DNA of 64,000 nt from assembly GCA_049315385.1 (NCBI GenBank), contig JBMOKG010000005.1, forward strand, positions 46,649 through 110,648. Reading direction: 5' to 3'. A program made the position numbers and the translations under genes. This DNA comes from Bacteroidales bacterium. GTDB lineage: Bacteria > Bacteroidota > Bacteroidia > Bacteroidales > JACABE01. The notes under the pieces were generated by a model that saw only the letters and a list, made by a program, of their open reading frames with translations, ran no database searches and was not told the DNA's origin. Positions 40,006 through 50,011 of this stretch are shown here, one piece after another (position 1 is the first letter of the stretch; each line of letters opens with the position of its first letter).

Positions 40006-40779
40006 ATGCCAATAATTACACTTACGAGCGATTGGGGTTTAAAAGACCATTATCTGGCAGTGGTTAAAGCTTCTATATTTTCCCAAATAGCAGATGTAAA
40101 TATTGTAGATATTTCACATCTGATTCCCACTTATGACATTGCTCAGGCTTCATATATCGTAAAAAATACATTTTCTTATTTCCCGAAAGGTAGCATTCAT
40201 ATAATTGGAATTAATACAATCGCATCAATTGAAATGCCTCATATTGGCATATATGCAGAAGGACATTATTTTATTGGAGCTGATAACGGATTGTTTTCTC
40301 TGATTTTTGATAAAACGCCTGAAACTATAGTTGAACTAGACATAATTCAGGATTCTGATTATTTTACTTTCTCTACCAAAGATGTGTTTGTAAAAGCGGC
40401 ATGTTATATTGCTAAAGGTGGAAAATTAGAAGACTTAGGAACAAGAAAAGATAGTTTACATACCAAAACTCATTTGCTTTCAATGAACGACGAAAATTCT
40501 ATTACAGGAAATGTTGTATATATTGATGGGTATGAAAATATTTTTACCAATATTTCCGAAGCTGATTTTATAAAACTTCAAAAAGGAAGAGCTTTTCGTA
40601 TTGAAGTCAGAAAGAATATTATCAGCAAATTAAGTAAATCCTACCATGATGTCCCTGAAGGGGAGTTACTTGCTTTGTTTGCTTCTAATGGAATGTTGCA
40701 GATTGCATTAAATACTAGTAAAGCAAAGAGTTTGTTAGGTCTCACTTATGCAGATGTAATTACTGTTACTTTTCTTTGA
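40006..40779 (+). CDS. SAM hydroxide adenosyltransferase / halogenase (DUF62) family protein, divergent active site
   Basis: ITLTSDWG..D.Y, VDISH, FPKGSIH, GADNG, IDGYENI; the usual VDPGVG and TFHGRD motifs are altered. Confidence 0.85.
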   Translation: MPIITLTSDWGLKDHYLAVVKASIFSQIADVNIVDISHLIPTYDIAQASYIVKNTFSYFPKGSIHIIGINTIASIEMPHIGIYAEGHYFIGADNGLFSLIFDKTPETIVELDIIQDSDYFTFSTKDVFVKAACYIAKGGKLEDLGTRKDSLHTKTHLLSMNDENSITGNVVYIDGYENIFTNISEADFIKLQKGRAFRIEVRKNIISKLSKSYHDVPEGELLALFASNGMLQIALNTSKAKSLLGLTYADVITVTFL

Positions 40780-40884
40780 TCTATTACTTTTGTTGTAATA
40801 ACAGTATCTTAATTCTTGTTAAGATAATTCATTATTCATGGAAAAATCTTAATTTCGCCGTTTTAAAATTAAAACCACTTTTTT

Positions 40885-41616
40885 ATGTTTACATTATTTA
40901 AAAAAGAAGTAAATATTTTTCTAAATTCATTGATAGGATTTATAGTAATTATTGTCTTTTTATTAATCAATGGATTGTTTTTATGGGTACTCCCTCTTGA
41001 TTTTAATATTCTGGACTTTGGTTATGCTGGTCTTGACGGTTTATTCCTGATTTCACCCTTTGTTTTTATGTTTTTAATTCCAGCTATTACTATGCGTTCT
41101 TTTTCAGAAGAAAAAAAAAGTGGAACTATTGAAATATTACTTACCAAACCTTTGACTGATTTACAAATTATACTTGCTAAGTTTTATGCTAGTGTTGTTT
41201 TATTAGCTTTTTCATTACTCCCAACGCTTATTTATGTTTATTCAGTCTATCATTTAGGTTTGCCGGTTGGTAATATAGATATGGGAGCAACATGGGGTTC
41301 ATATATAGGATTATTATTATTAGGTGCTTCTTTTGTTTCAATAGGATTATTCAGTTCTTCAATAACAGATAATCAAATTATTTCATTTGTTATTTCTGTT
41401 TTCCTTTGTGGCGCAATATATGTTGGTTTTGAACTTATTTATTCACTTGAATTGTTCGGCCCAATTGATTTATTTATTAAATCTTTAGGAATTAGTCATC
41501 ATTACTCATCAATAAGCAGAGGTGTAATTGATACCAGAGATATTATTTATTACTTAAGTATAATTAGCTTGTTTATTTTATTAACAAAGCTCTCACTTCA
41601 AAGCCGTAAATGGTAA
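40885..41616 (+). CDS. gldF: Gliding-associated ABC transporter permease
   Basis: FLIPAITMRSFSEEKKSGTIE.LLTKP, TDNQI, RGVIDTRD. Confidence 0.92.
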   Translation: MFTLFKKEVNIFLNSLIGFIVIIVFLLINGLFLWVLPLDFNILDFGYAGLDGLFLISPFVFMFLIPAITMRSFSEEKKSGTIEILLTKPLTDLQIILAKFYASVVLLAFSLLPTLIYVYSVYHLGLPVGNIDMGATWGSYIGLLLLGASFVSIGLFSSSITDNQIISFVISVFLCGAIYVGFELIYSLELFGPIDLFIKSLGISHHYSSISRGVIDTRDIIYYLSIISLFILLTKLSLQSRKW

Positions 41617-43370
41617 AATTATTGAATAATTGTGTTATGGTACAAAAGAAAAGAAATTTAAAACGCAACAATATTACTCAAATTATATATAGTTTGATTA
41701 TTATATTACTAATCAATGTAATTGGAAGTTTTGTATTTACTCGTTTTGATTTAACTGCTGAAAAAAGATATTCACTTTCACCTGCAACCAAGAACCTTCT
41801 TTATAATTTAGACGATATTGTATACTTTAAAATTTATCTTGATGGTGATTTCCCTTCAGGATTTAAAAGATTGAGTAATTCAACCAAGGAAATGTTGGAT
41901 GAATTCAGAGCATATAACAGTAAAATACAATATGAATTTATTGATCCAAATGCGATAACTGATAAAAAGCAAAGAAATGATATGTATAAACTGTTGGTTG
42001 AAAAGGGGATTCAACCAACTAATATACAGCTGAAACAAAAAGGCGGAACTTCTCAGCAAATTATTTTTCCAGGTGCTGAAGTAACTTACAAAACACAAAC
42101 ATTACCATTGCAATTGTTAATCAATCAAATGGGTATTGAGTCTGAGGATGTTCTGAATAATTCTATTCAAGCATTAGAATATAACATTTCTAATGTTATA
42201 AGAAAATTGAGTGTGAGAATTAAACCTAAAATTGCAATAATTGAAGGACATGGTGAATTGAATAAGTTTGCAATGTATGATATTACATCTTCTTTATCTG
42301 AATATTATGATGTTGAGCGTATTAGATTAGATGAGAAAATAAATAAACTTACTCAAAGAAAGATTTCCGATACTTCAGAAACTAAGATTACTAATATTTA
42401 TAAAGCCATTATTATTGCAAAACCAGATTCACTATTTAGTGAAAAGGATAAATTTATTATTGATCAATATATTATGTATGGAGGAAAAGTCCTCTGGCTG
42501 ATAGATCCTGTTTTTGCAAGTATGGATAGTTTAAATAATACAGCCCAAACGGTTGGAATTACTAATGAAATAAATCTTTCAGATCAATTGTTTCGATATG
42601 GAGTTCGTTTAAACACGAATTTAATTATGGATATTTCAGCTCTACCTATTCCAATTGTAACTGGAAAAGTAGGAAACCAACCTCAAACTAGTTTTCTTCC
42701 TTGGTATTTTTTCCCAATTATTACTCCAACTAGTAATCATCCAATCGTAAAAAATCTCAATGCATTAAAGACTGAATTTGTAAGTAGCATTGATACAATT
42801 GATAATGGAATAAAAAAGACTATTTTGCTTACTTCTTCCAAATATTCAAGACTGATAAATACACCAGTAGTAATTGATTTAGGGATTTTACGGAAAGATC
42901 CGGAAGAAAGACTTTTTAATAAGCCATTTCAACCTATTGCTGTTCTGTTAGAAGGCGAATTTTTATCAAATTTTGCACAAAGATTGTCTGCTGAAATTTC
43001 TCAGAGTGATAAAATTGCATTTCTTGAAAAAAGTAGACCAACAAAAATGATTGTCGTTTCTGATGGAGATATGATTAAAAGTCAGTTCCATTATGCAAAA
43101 GGATTTCCCTTACCATTAGGCTATGATCAATATACCAGGCAAATGTTTGGGAATAAGGAATTTATCCTTAATTGTATGAATTATCTCTGTGATGATTCAG
43201 GTTTAATTACTGTTCGTTCCCGTGAATTGAAACTGAGAATGCTAGATAAAACAAAGATAGAGAAATCAAAATTAAGATGGCAGATTGTAAATGTTGTCTT
43301 CCCAATTATTATTACAATTATTTTAGGAATTATTATTATAATTTTACGTAAACGACGTTATACGAGATAA
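41610..43370 (+). CDS. gldG: Gliding-associated ABC transporter auxiliary component (start may be 41637)
   Basis: RFDLTAEKRYSLS, GHGE, IDQYIMYGGK, PLGYDQY...GNKEF..N, C-terminal TM + RKRRY. Confidence 0.92.
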   Translation: MVKLLNNCVMVQKKRNLKRNNITQIIYSLIIILLINVIGSFVFTRFDLTAEKRYSLSPATKNLLYNLDDIVYFKIYLDGDFPSGFKRLSNSTKEMLDEFRAYNSKIQYEFIDPNAITDKKQRNDMYKLLVEKGIQPTNIQLKQKGGTSQQIIFPGAEVTYKTQTLPLQLLINQMGIESEDVLNNSIQALEYNISNVIRKLSVRIKPKIAIIEGHGELNKFAMYDITSSLSEYYDVERIRLDEKINKLTQRKISDTSETKITNIYKAIIIAKPDSLFSEKDKFIIDQYIMYGGKVLWLIDPVFASMDSLNNTAQTVGITNEINLSDQLFRYGVRLNTNLIMDISALPIPIVTGKVGNQPQTSFLPWYFFPIITPTSNHPIVKNLNALKTEFVSSIDTIDNGIKKTILLTSSKYSRLINTPVVIDLGILRKDPEERLFNKPFQPIAVLLEGEFLSNFAQRLSAEISQSDKIAFLEKSRPTKMIVVSDGDMIKSQFHYAKGFPLPLGYDQYTRQMFGNKEFILNCMNYLCDDSGLITVRSRELKLRMLDKTKIEKSKLRWQIVNVVFPIIITIILGIIIIILRKRRYTR

Positions 43371-43455
43371 TGACTTGTAATTCAATTATTTGATTTTTTT
43401 ATTAAGTAAAATAGATAACACATAAACACAACAAAATAATAACCAGGAGATTAAT

Positions 43456-44520
43456 ATGTTTAAAAATAAATATTTTCTTTTATTAACTATAGCGCTTGCT
43501 TTGATTGCAATCATATTTATTGTGAGAAGTTCAAAAACTACCATGAAAATAGATTTTGCAGTTAAAGATGTTTCAACCATTACTAAAATTTTTATGAGTG
43601 ATAAAAATAATAATGCTGTTACAATTAAGCGATTAGATGATGGGAAATGGCAGGTGAATGATAAGTTTTCCGTTCGTGAAGATGTTATGTCAACATTGTT
43701 AGAAACTATTGCAAATCTACATGTCAGAGAGCCAGTTTCTCGTGCCGGCAGAAATACAATTATTAAATGGCTTGCTGCAAAAAGTACAAAAGTTGAAATT
43801 TATGAAATAGTTTATCGTATTAACATCTTCAATAAAATAAAGTTATTTCCTCATGAAAAACTTACAAAAGTATATTATGTTGGTGATGAAACTCAGGATA
43901 ATCAAGGGACATTCATGCTCTTAGAAGGATCAGAAGATCCTTATATTATTTATTTCCCTGGTTTTAGAGGATTTTTATCTCCACGATTTACTGCATTAGA
44001 AAGCGATTGGCGTAAACGGATTATTTTTGATTTGAAAATATCAAGTATTAAATCAATACGAATTGAATATCCTGCTGCTCAGGAATCTTCTTTTGAAATT
44101 ACACGATTAAATAAAAACTTTGAAATTAAGTTATTAGCTTCAAATCAACGTATGAATGGATTTGATACCTCTAAAGTTATTGAATATATGAGCTCATTTT
44201 CTAATATTGGATTTGAGTCATTTTTGAACGATCTTAAACAAAGTGATAAAGATTCAATAGTTTCACATAAACCTATGGCAATATTAAGCGTAACTGATAT
44301 AACAGGCAAAACTACATCTCTTAAAGCATTTTTGAAAGTGGCAGAATACGGTTCAATAGACGAAGTTACGAATAAACCATTAACTATAGATAGAGATCGT
44401 TTTTATGGATTGATTAATGAGGATAAAGATTTAGTTTTCTTACAGTATTTTATATTTAATACAATATTGCAACCTTCTTCGTTTTTCAGGTTAGCTGTTG
44501 ATAAAAAACTAAAAGATTAA
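43456..44520 (+). CDS. DUF4340-like membrane-anchored protein
   Basis: N-terminal anchor, KWQVN, PGFRG.L.PRF...DWR motif; follows gldG. Confidence 0.65.
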   Translation: MFKNKYFLLLTIALALIAIIFIVRSSKTTMKIDFAVKDVSTITKIFMSDKNNNAVTIKRLDDGKWQVNDKFSVREDVMSTLLETIANLHVREPVSRAGRNTIIKWLAAKSTKVEIYEIVYRINIFNKIKLFPHEKLTKVYYVGDETQDNQGTFMLLEGSEDPYIIYFPGFRGFLSPRFTALESDWRKRIIFDLKISSIKSIRIEYPAAQESSFEITRLNKNFEIKLLASNQRMNGFDTSKVIEYMSSFSNIGFESFLNDLKQSDKDSIVSHKPMAILSVTDITGKTTSLKAFLKVAEYGSIDEVTNKPLTIDRDRFYGLINEDKDLVFLQYFIFNTILQPSSFFRLAVDKKLKD

Positions 44521-44589
44521 TAAATATAATTTCAATATAAATTATTTTTAATTTACATTTGCATAATATTAATAGAAAATTGTAAAAAC

Positions 44590-45726
44590 ATGAGATTTAT
44601 AGTACAAAGCCCATTGTTATTAAAGAATTTACAAACCATTAGTGGTGTATTAAGTTCAAATACTACTTTACCTATTCTCGAAAACTTTTTATTTGAGTTG
44701 AAAGAAGGGAATTTAGTAGTTACAGCCTCTGATTTAGAAACAACAATGACTGTAAATATCCCACTGGATAATGAAACTTTAGGCGAATCTGAAGAAGGTA
44801 GTATTGCTATTCCAGCAAAAAAATTATTGGAATCTTTAAAAACTTTTCCTGATATCCCTTTGGCTTTTAATATTGATACGAAAAATTTCGGAATTGAAAT
44901 TTCGGCTGCTGAAGGGAAATATAAATTAAGTGGTCAAAATGGCAATGAATTTCCTCAGATTCCTGTGTTAGAAGATTCAACAATTGTTGAAATTAATTCT
45001 GATGTTATTGCTAAAGCAATTGTCAAAACACTATTTGCTTCAGGAAATGACGAATTGCGTCCTGTAATGCTGGGCGTTTTCTGCGAATTAACTCCAGATG
45101 ACATAACTTTTGTTGCAACAGATGCTCATAAATTAGCCAGATACAGAAGAACAGATGTTAAAGCAGAGAATTCCGCTTCTTTTATTCTTCCTAAAAAACC
45201 TTTGAATCAATTAAAAAACTCTCTTACTAATAAAGATATTCCTGTAAAATTAGAGTATAATCAACGTAATGCATTTTTCTCTTTTGAAAATATTGAATTG
45301 GTTTGTCGTTTGATTGATGGTAAATATCCTAATTACGAAGCTGTTATTCCTAAAGAAAATCCAAATAAATTAATAATCGACAGATTATCTTTTCTTAATT
45401 CAATTCGTCGTGTCGCAATTTTTGCAAATCAGTCTACACATCAGGTTAGAATGAAAATAAGTGGTCAGGAATTGTTTATTTCTGCTGAAGATATCGATTA
45501 TTCTAATGAAGCACGTGAAAGACTGGCATGTAGCTATGATGGTGAAGCTATGGAAATAGGATTCAATTCGAAGTTTTTACAGGAAATGTTAAGCAACATC
45601 GATAGTGAAATGATAACTATTGAAATGTCACAGCCTAATAGAGCAGGTATTCTGGTTCCTGTAGATAACGAAAATAAAAATGAAGATATTTTAATGTTGG
45701 TAATGCCTGTTATGCTTAACCAATAG
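44590..45726 (+). CDS. dnaN: DNA polymerase III beta sliding clamp
   Basis: LPILEN, ASDLE, DELRPV, VATDAHKL, LIDGKYPNY, IGFN, LVMPV; TACATTTG box at 44554-44561. Confidence 0.97.
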   Translation: MRFIVQSPLLLKNLQTISGVLSSNTTLPILENFLFELKEGNLVVTASDLETTMTVNIPLDNETLGESEEGSIAIPAKKLLESLKTFPDIPLAFNIDTKNFGIEISAAEGKYKLSGQNGNEFPQIPVLEDSTIVEINSDVIAKAIVKTLFASGNDELRPVMLGVFCELTPDDITFVATDAHKLARYRRTDVKAENSASFILPKKPLNQLKNSLTNKDIPVKLEYNQRNAFFSFENIELVCRLIDGKYPNYEAVIPKENPNKLIIDRLSFLNSIRRVAIFANQSTHQVRMKISGQELFISAEDIDYSNEARERLACSYDGEAMEIGFNSKFLQEMLSNIDSEMITIEMSQPNRAGILVPVDNENKNEDILMLVMPVMLNQ

Positions 45727-45826
45727 AAGAAAACCAAAATATTTTGCTTTGCTTAACTTTGATGATTTTCGTTATTTCGAAACTGATAAGTTAAGCAAAT
45801 TTTTTTATCAATTAAAACTAAATAAA

Positions 45827-47020
45827 ATGGATATTTTTAATAGAAATATTGAAGTTATAAAACAAAACAATGCCAGTTTATATGGAAAAGATTTTCTGTT
45901 AACATGGGACAAATCAATTGAAGAATTGGAAATGTTGATGCATGTTGCTGAAGCATTGAAAAATTTGAATAATGAAAACATATCAACTAAGTGTTTCGAC
46001 TCCGGATTAGCTGTTTCTCAGTTCAGAGATAATTCAACCCGCACTCGTTTTTCATTTGCTTCAGCAGCTAATATGCTTGGTTTAACAGTTCAGGATCTGG
46101 ATGAAGGTAAATCACAAATTGCACATGGTGAAACAGTAAGAGAAACCTCAAATATGATTTCTTTTTTGACTGAAATTATTGGTATTCGTGATGATATGTA
46201 TTTAGGTGCTGGTCATTCTTATATGAAAGAAGTAGCCAATGCACTTGAAGATGGATTTAATGAAGGTGTTTTACCGCAACGTCCTGCTGTTGTTAACTTA
46301 CAATGTGATATTGATCATCCTACACAAAGTATGGCTGATTTATTGCATCTAAAATCATACTTTGGTTCATTAGAAAATCTCAAAGGTAAAAAAATTGCTA
46401 TGTGTTGGGCTTATTCTCCTAGCTATGGAAAACCATTATCTGTTCCTCAAGGAATTATTGGCTTGATGACACGATATGGAATGAATGTTGAATTAGCTCA
46501 TCCTGAAGGTTATGACCTAATCCCTGATGTAATTGATATTGCAACTCAAAATGCAAAACAAAGTGGAGGTAGTTTTAAAATTTCAAGTTCGATGGATGAA
46601 GCTTTTGCAAATGCAGATATTGTATATCCTAAAAGTTGGGCTCCTTATTCTGTAATGCAAAATCGCACAAAATTATTATATGCAAATGATAAAGATGGAT
46701 TGAAAATTCTGGAAAAAGATTGCTTAGCTAATAATGCAAAATATAAAAACTGGGAATGTAATGCAGAGAATATGAAACTGACTAAAAATGGAAATGCTTT
46801 ATATATGCACTGCTTACCTGCAGATATTTCCGGAGTTTCATGTGTTGAAGGCGAGGTTGCGAAAGATGTTTTTGAAAAATATCGTATTGAAACCTATAAA
46901 GAAGCTGGTTTTAAACCCTATATTATTGCTGCAATGATGCTTACAAGTCGTTTTAAAGATCCTGCTGATTTGTTAAGATTTATGAAAGATAGAAATTGTA
47001 AAAGAATCCAAGGAATCTAA
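45827..47020 (+). CDS. ygeW: Knotted carbamoyltransferase YgeW (start revised from 45749)
   Basis: FRDNSTRTRFS, LQCDIDHPTQ, WAYSPSYGKPLSVPQG, YPKSW, HCLPAD; TAACTTTG box at 45754-45761 supports ATG 45827. Confidence 0.92.
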   Translation: MDIFNRNIEVIKQNNASLYGKDFLLTWDKSIEELEMLMHVAEALKNLNNENISTKCFDSGLAVSQFRDNSTRTRFSFASAANMLGLTVQDLDEGKSQIAHGETVRETSNMISFLTEIIGIRDDMYLGAGHSYMKEVANALEDGFNEGVLPQRPAVVNLQCDIDHPTQSMADLLHLKSYFGSLENLKGKKIAMCWAYSPSYGKPLSVPQGIIGLMTRYGMNVELAHPEGYDLIPDVIDIATQNAKQSGGSFKISSSMDEAFANADIVYPKSWAPYSVMQNRTKLLYANDKDGLKILEKDCLANNAKYKNWECNAENMKLTKNGNALYMHCLPADISGVSCVEGEVAKDVFEKYRIETYKEAGFKPYIIAAMMLTSRFKDPADLLRFMKDRNCKRIQGI

Positions 47021-47034
47021 AAGAATTTAGGAAC

Positions 47035-47067
47035 AAATAGAGCTATTTCAATAATAGCTCTATTTTT
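47035..47067. terminator. Intrinsic terminator after ygeW (symmetrical, possibly bidirectional)
   Basis: AAATAGAGCTATT-TCAAT-AATAGCTCTATTT followed by TT. Confidence 0.75.
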
Positions 47068-47507
47068 ATCAACTAAAATTTAAGCTTGCAAGAAAAGCTT
47101 CAGGGTAAATTTTTATATAAGAAGTTTTTAGAATCAGAATGTGTAAAATATGATCGAAACTTATAATTGCTATATAATTAGTTTCATTTTTCTCCCAAAA
47201 CATTGATTTTAATTTGGAGATAATAAAATCAACAATAATGAGGAAACCATATTTATCAAACTAAAAATAAGCTCCTGATTATAAGTTAATCCTAGTAATA
47301 AAGGTGATAAAATAATTAAAAAATTGTAAATATTCCCACATATAAAAATAAGTAATTGAATTTTGCTGCTTTTAATTTATTCAAAAACAATATCTTGTAA
47401 GATAAAATATCAAATAGCATGAATTAATACAAGAGTATTAATTTTAATCATTTTATTTATTATTTTCAATGACAAAATTACCTAATTTTGAAATCAATTT
47501 TTAAATT

Positions 47508-49148
47508 ATGCTAAGATTTATTTATTTTTTGTTGTTGGTGCTTTTATTCTTATCATGTCATCGTTCAGATAATTATTATGATAAAAATAAGCAAGTATTT
47601 CGATACAATGAATCAGCTGGAATTACGTCATTAGATCCGGCTTATGCTAAAGATCAAGCGAATATATGGGTGTGTAATCAATTATTTAATGGTTTGCTTC
47701 AATTAGATGATAAATTGAAAATACAGCCATGTATTGCATCTAAATGGGAAATTTCAAATTATGGGAAAACCTATACGTTTACCTTACGTAAGGATGTATA
47801 TTTTCATTCTAATAAAATCTTTAAAAATTTATCCCGCAATGTTACAGCGAATGATTTTGTGTTTAGTTTCAATAGAATTATTGATGAGAAAAATGCATCA
47901 CCAGGTGCATGGATATTTAATTATGTTAAAAAAGAAAATGGAAGTTATGCTTTTAATGCACTTAACGATACTGTTTTAGAAATAACATTAAAACAATCTT
48001 TTCCCCCTTTTCTAGGTTTATTAAGCATGCAATATTGTTCCGTTGTTCCTCATGAAGCAATTGAATTCTATGGAAAAGATTTTCGTAAAAATCCTGTTGG
48101 AACAGGTCCATTCCTTATAAAATTATGGAAAGAAGGAGTGAAATTAGTATTGCTGAAAAATAAAGATTATTTTGAATTTGAAAAAAAAGAAAGATTACCT
48201 TTTTTAGATGCTATTTCAATTACTTTTATTATTGACAAACAATCTGTATTTTTAGAATTTGTAAAAGGAAATATTGATTTTATAAGTGGTATTGATGCAA
48301 GCTATAAGGATGAATTACTTACTGTTAATGGACAAATTAACTCAAAATACAAAAATAAATTTCAGATGATTTCTCAACCTTATCTGAATACAGAATATCT
48401 TGCTTTTTTGATGGACTCTAATCAAAATGGAATGAAAAACAATCCTGTTAAATTTAAAGCCGTTCGTCAGGCTATTAATTTTGGTTTTGATAGAGTGAAA
48501 ATGATGCGTTTTTTAAGGAATAATATCGGAGCACCAGCGTTATATGGCTTTATACCAAAAGGATTGCCTGGTTTTGATACATCAAAAATAAAAGCCTATT
48601 CATACCAGCCTGATAAATCACGTAAATTACTTGCTGATGCTGGATTCCCAAATGGTGAAAATCTGGGAGAAATTACTTTATCAACAACTTCATCTTATAT
48701 CGATTTATGTAAATATATTCAAAATCAATTAACTGAAATTGGTTTAAAAATTAATATTGATGTAAATCCTCCTGCTACTTTGAGAGAAATGATTGCAAAA
48801 TCAAAAATACCCTTTTTTAGAGGTTCCTGGATTGCCGATTATCCAGATGCAGAAAATTATTTATCATTGTTTTATTCTCCTAATTTTTGCCCATCGGGAC
48901 CCAATTATACTCATTTTAGTAATAAGAAATTTGATATGCTCTATAATAAAGCTCAAAACGAGCAAAATGATTCTTTACGATTCATTTTTTATAATCAAAT
49001 GGATCAAATTATAATAGATGAAGCAGCTGTTGTAGTTCTATATTATGATCAGGTTTTACGTTTTGTTCAGAATAACATAAAAGGACTTGGTTCAAATCCT
49101 ATGAATTTACTCTCGTTAAAGAAAGTTAGAAAATTTAATATAAAATAA
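47508..49148 (+). CDS. ABC-type substrate-binding lipoprotein, family 5 (OppA/DppA-like)
   Basis: Lipobox FLSC, SLDPA, YTFTLRKDVYFH, PVGTGPF, VRQAIN, WIADYPDAENY. Confidence 0.92.
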   Translation: MLRFIYFLLLVLLFLSCHRSDNYYDKNKQVFRYNESAGITSLDPAYAKDQANIWVCNQLFNGLLQLDDKLKIQPCIASKWEISNYGKTYTFTLRKDVYFHSNKIFKNLSRNVTANDFVFSFNRIIDEKNASPGAWIFNYVKKENGSYAFNALNDTVLEITLKQSFPPFLGLLSMQYCSVVPHEAIEFYGKDFRKNPVGTGPFLIKLWKEGVKLVLLKNKDYFEFEKKERLPFLDAISITFIIDKQSVFLEFVKGNIDFISGIDASYKDELLTVNGQINSKYKNKFQMISQPYLNTEYLAFLMDSNQNGMKNNPVKFKAVRQAINFGFDRVKMMRFLRNNIGAPALYGFIPKGLPGFDTSKIKAYSYQPDKSRKLLADAGFPNGENLGEITLSTTSSYIDLCKYIQNQLTEIGLKINIDVNPPATLREMIAKSKIPFFRGSWIADYPDAENYLSLFYSPNFCPSGPNYTHFSNKKFDMLYNKAQNEQNDSLRFIFYNQMDQIIIDEAAVVVLYYDQVLRFVQNNIKGLGSNPMNLLSLKKVRKFNIK

Positions 49149-49241
49149 GATTTAAAAACATAATAATTAAACTTAGTTGAAAATACTATCTCTTTTTGGA
49201 TAATTACTTTTATTTTAACTAACTTTGCTAAAACACTAGTG

Positions 49242-49916
49242 ATGCACATTGAAAAAAACATTGAAAAAATACTGAAAACGATACCTGATAATGTTGAATT
49301 AGTTATTGTTTCAAAAACAAAACCAATAGATTTAATTTTAGAGGCTTATAATACAGGCCAAAGAATATTTGGGGAAAATAAAGCACAGGAAGTAGCTGAG
49401 AAATATGAATTCTTACCAAAAGATATTATTTGGCATTTTATTGGCCATTTACAAACAAATAAAATAAAATACATTATTCCTTTTATTCATCTGATTCATA
49501 GTGTTGATAGTGTCAAGCTTCTAAATTGTATAAATAAAGAAGCAGAAAAAAATAATAGAACCATAGATTGTTTATTACAGTTTTACATCGCTACAGAAGC
49601 GAGTAAATTTGGCTTTGATATTGACGAAGCAACATTATTTCTTCAATCAAAAGAATTTGAATTAATGAAAAATGTAAGAATAGTTGGAGTAATGGGAATG
49701 GCAACAAATTCAGATGATAATTATATCATTCATAATGAATTCGCTCAACTGAAAATATATTTTGAAAATTTAAGACAAAAGTTTTTCATAGATAAACCAT
49801 ATTTTAAAGAAATATCAATGGGAATGTCTGGAGATTATAAAATAGCTATCGAAGAAGGTAGTACAATGATTAGAATAGGAAGTGATATTTTTGGTAAAAG
49901 GAATTATTCATTTTAA
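49242..49916 (+). CDS. yggS: PLP homeostasis protein (YggS/PROSC)
   Basis: VSKTKP, FGENKAQE, WHFIGHLQTNK, HSVDS, SMGMSGDY, RIGSDIFG; ATG at 49242 (GTG at 49239). Confidence 0.95.
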   Translation: MHIEKNIEKILKTIPDNVELVIVSKTKPIDLILEAYNTGQRIFGENKAQEVAEKYEFLPKDIIWHFIGHLQTNKIKYIIPFIHLIHSVDSVKLLNCINKEAEKNNRTIDCLLQFYIATEASKFGFDIDEATLFLQSKEFELMKNVRIVGVMGMATNSDDNYIIHNEFAQLKIYFENLRQKFFIDKPYFKEISMGMSGDYKIAIEEGSTMIRIGSDIFGKRNYSF

Positions 49917-50011
49917 ATTGATAAATCTCAGAACAAGCTTTTTTTATTGTAACTGTTTAAGATAGAAGTGATTTTGTTTTTTTTGTTTCGTTATATTTAT
50001 CTTTAGAAAAT

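Noticed and set aside
40006-40779. Calling the DUF62 protein a fluorinase or chlorinase
   Set aside because: Active-site motif matches neither, and it is too short to include the fluorinase-specific loop
44521-44590. Replication origin near dnaN
   Set aside because: No dnaA adjacent and no TTATCCACA-type boxes; dnaN is commonly unlinked from oriC in Bacteroidota
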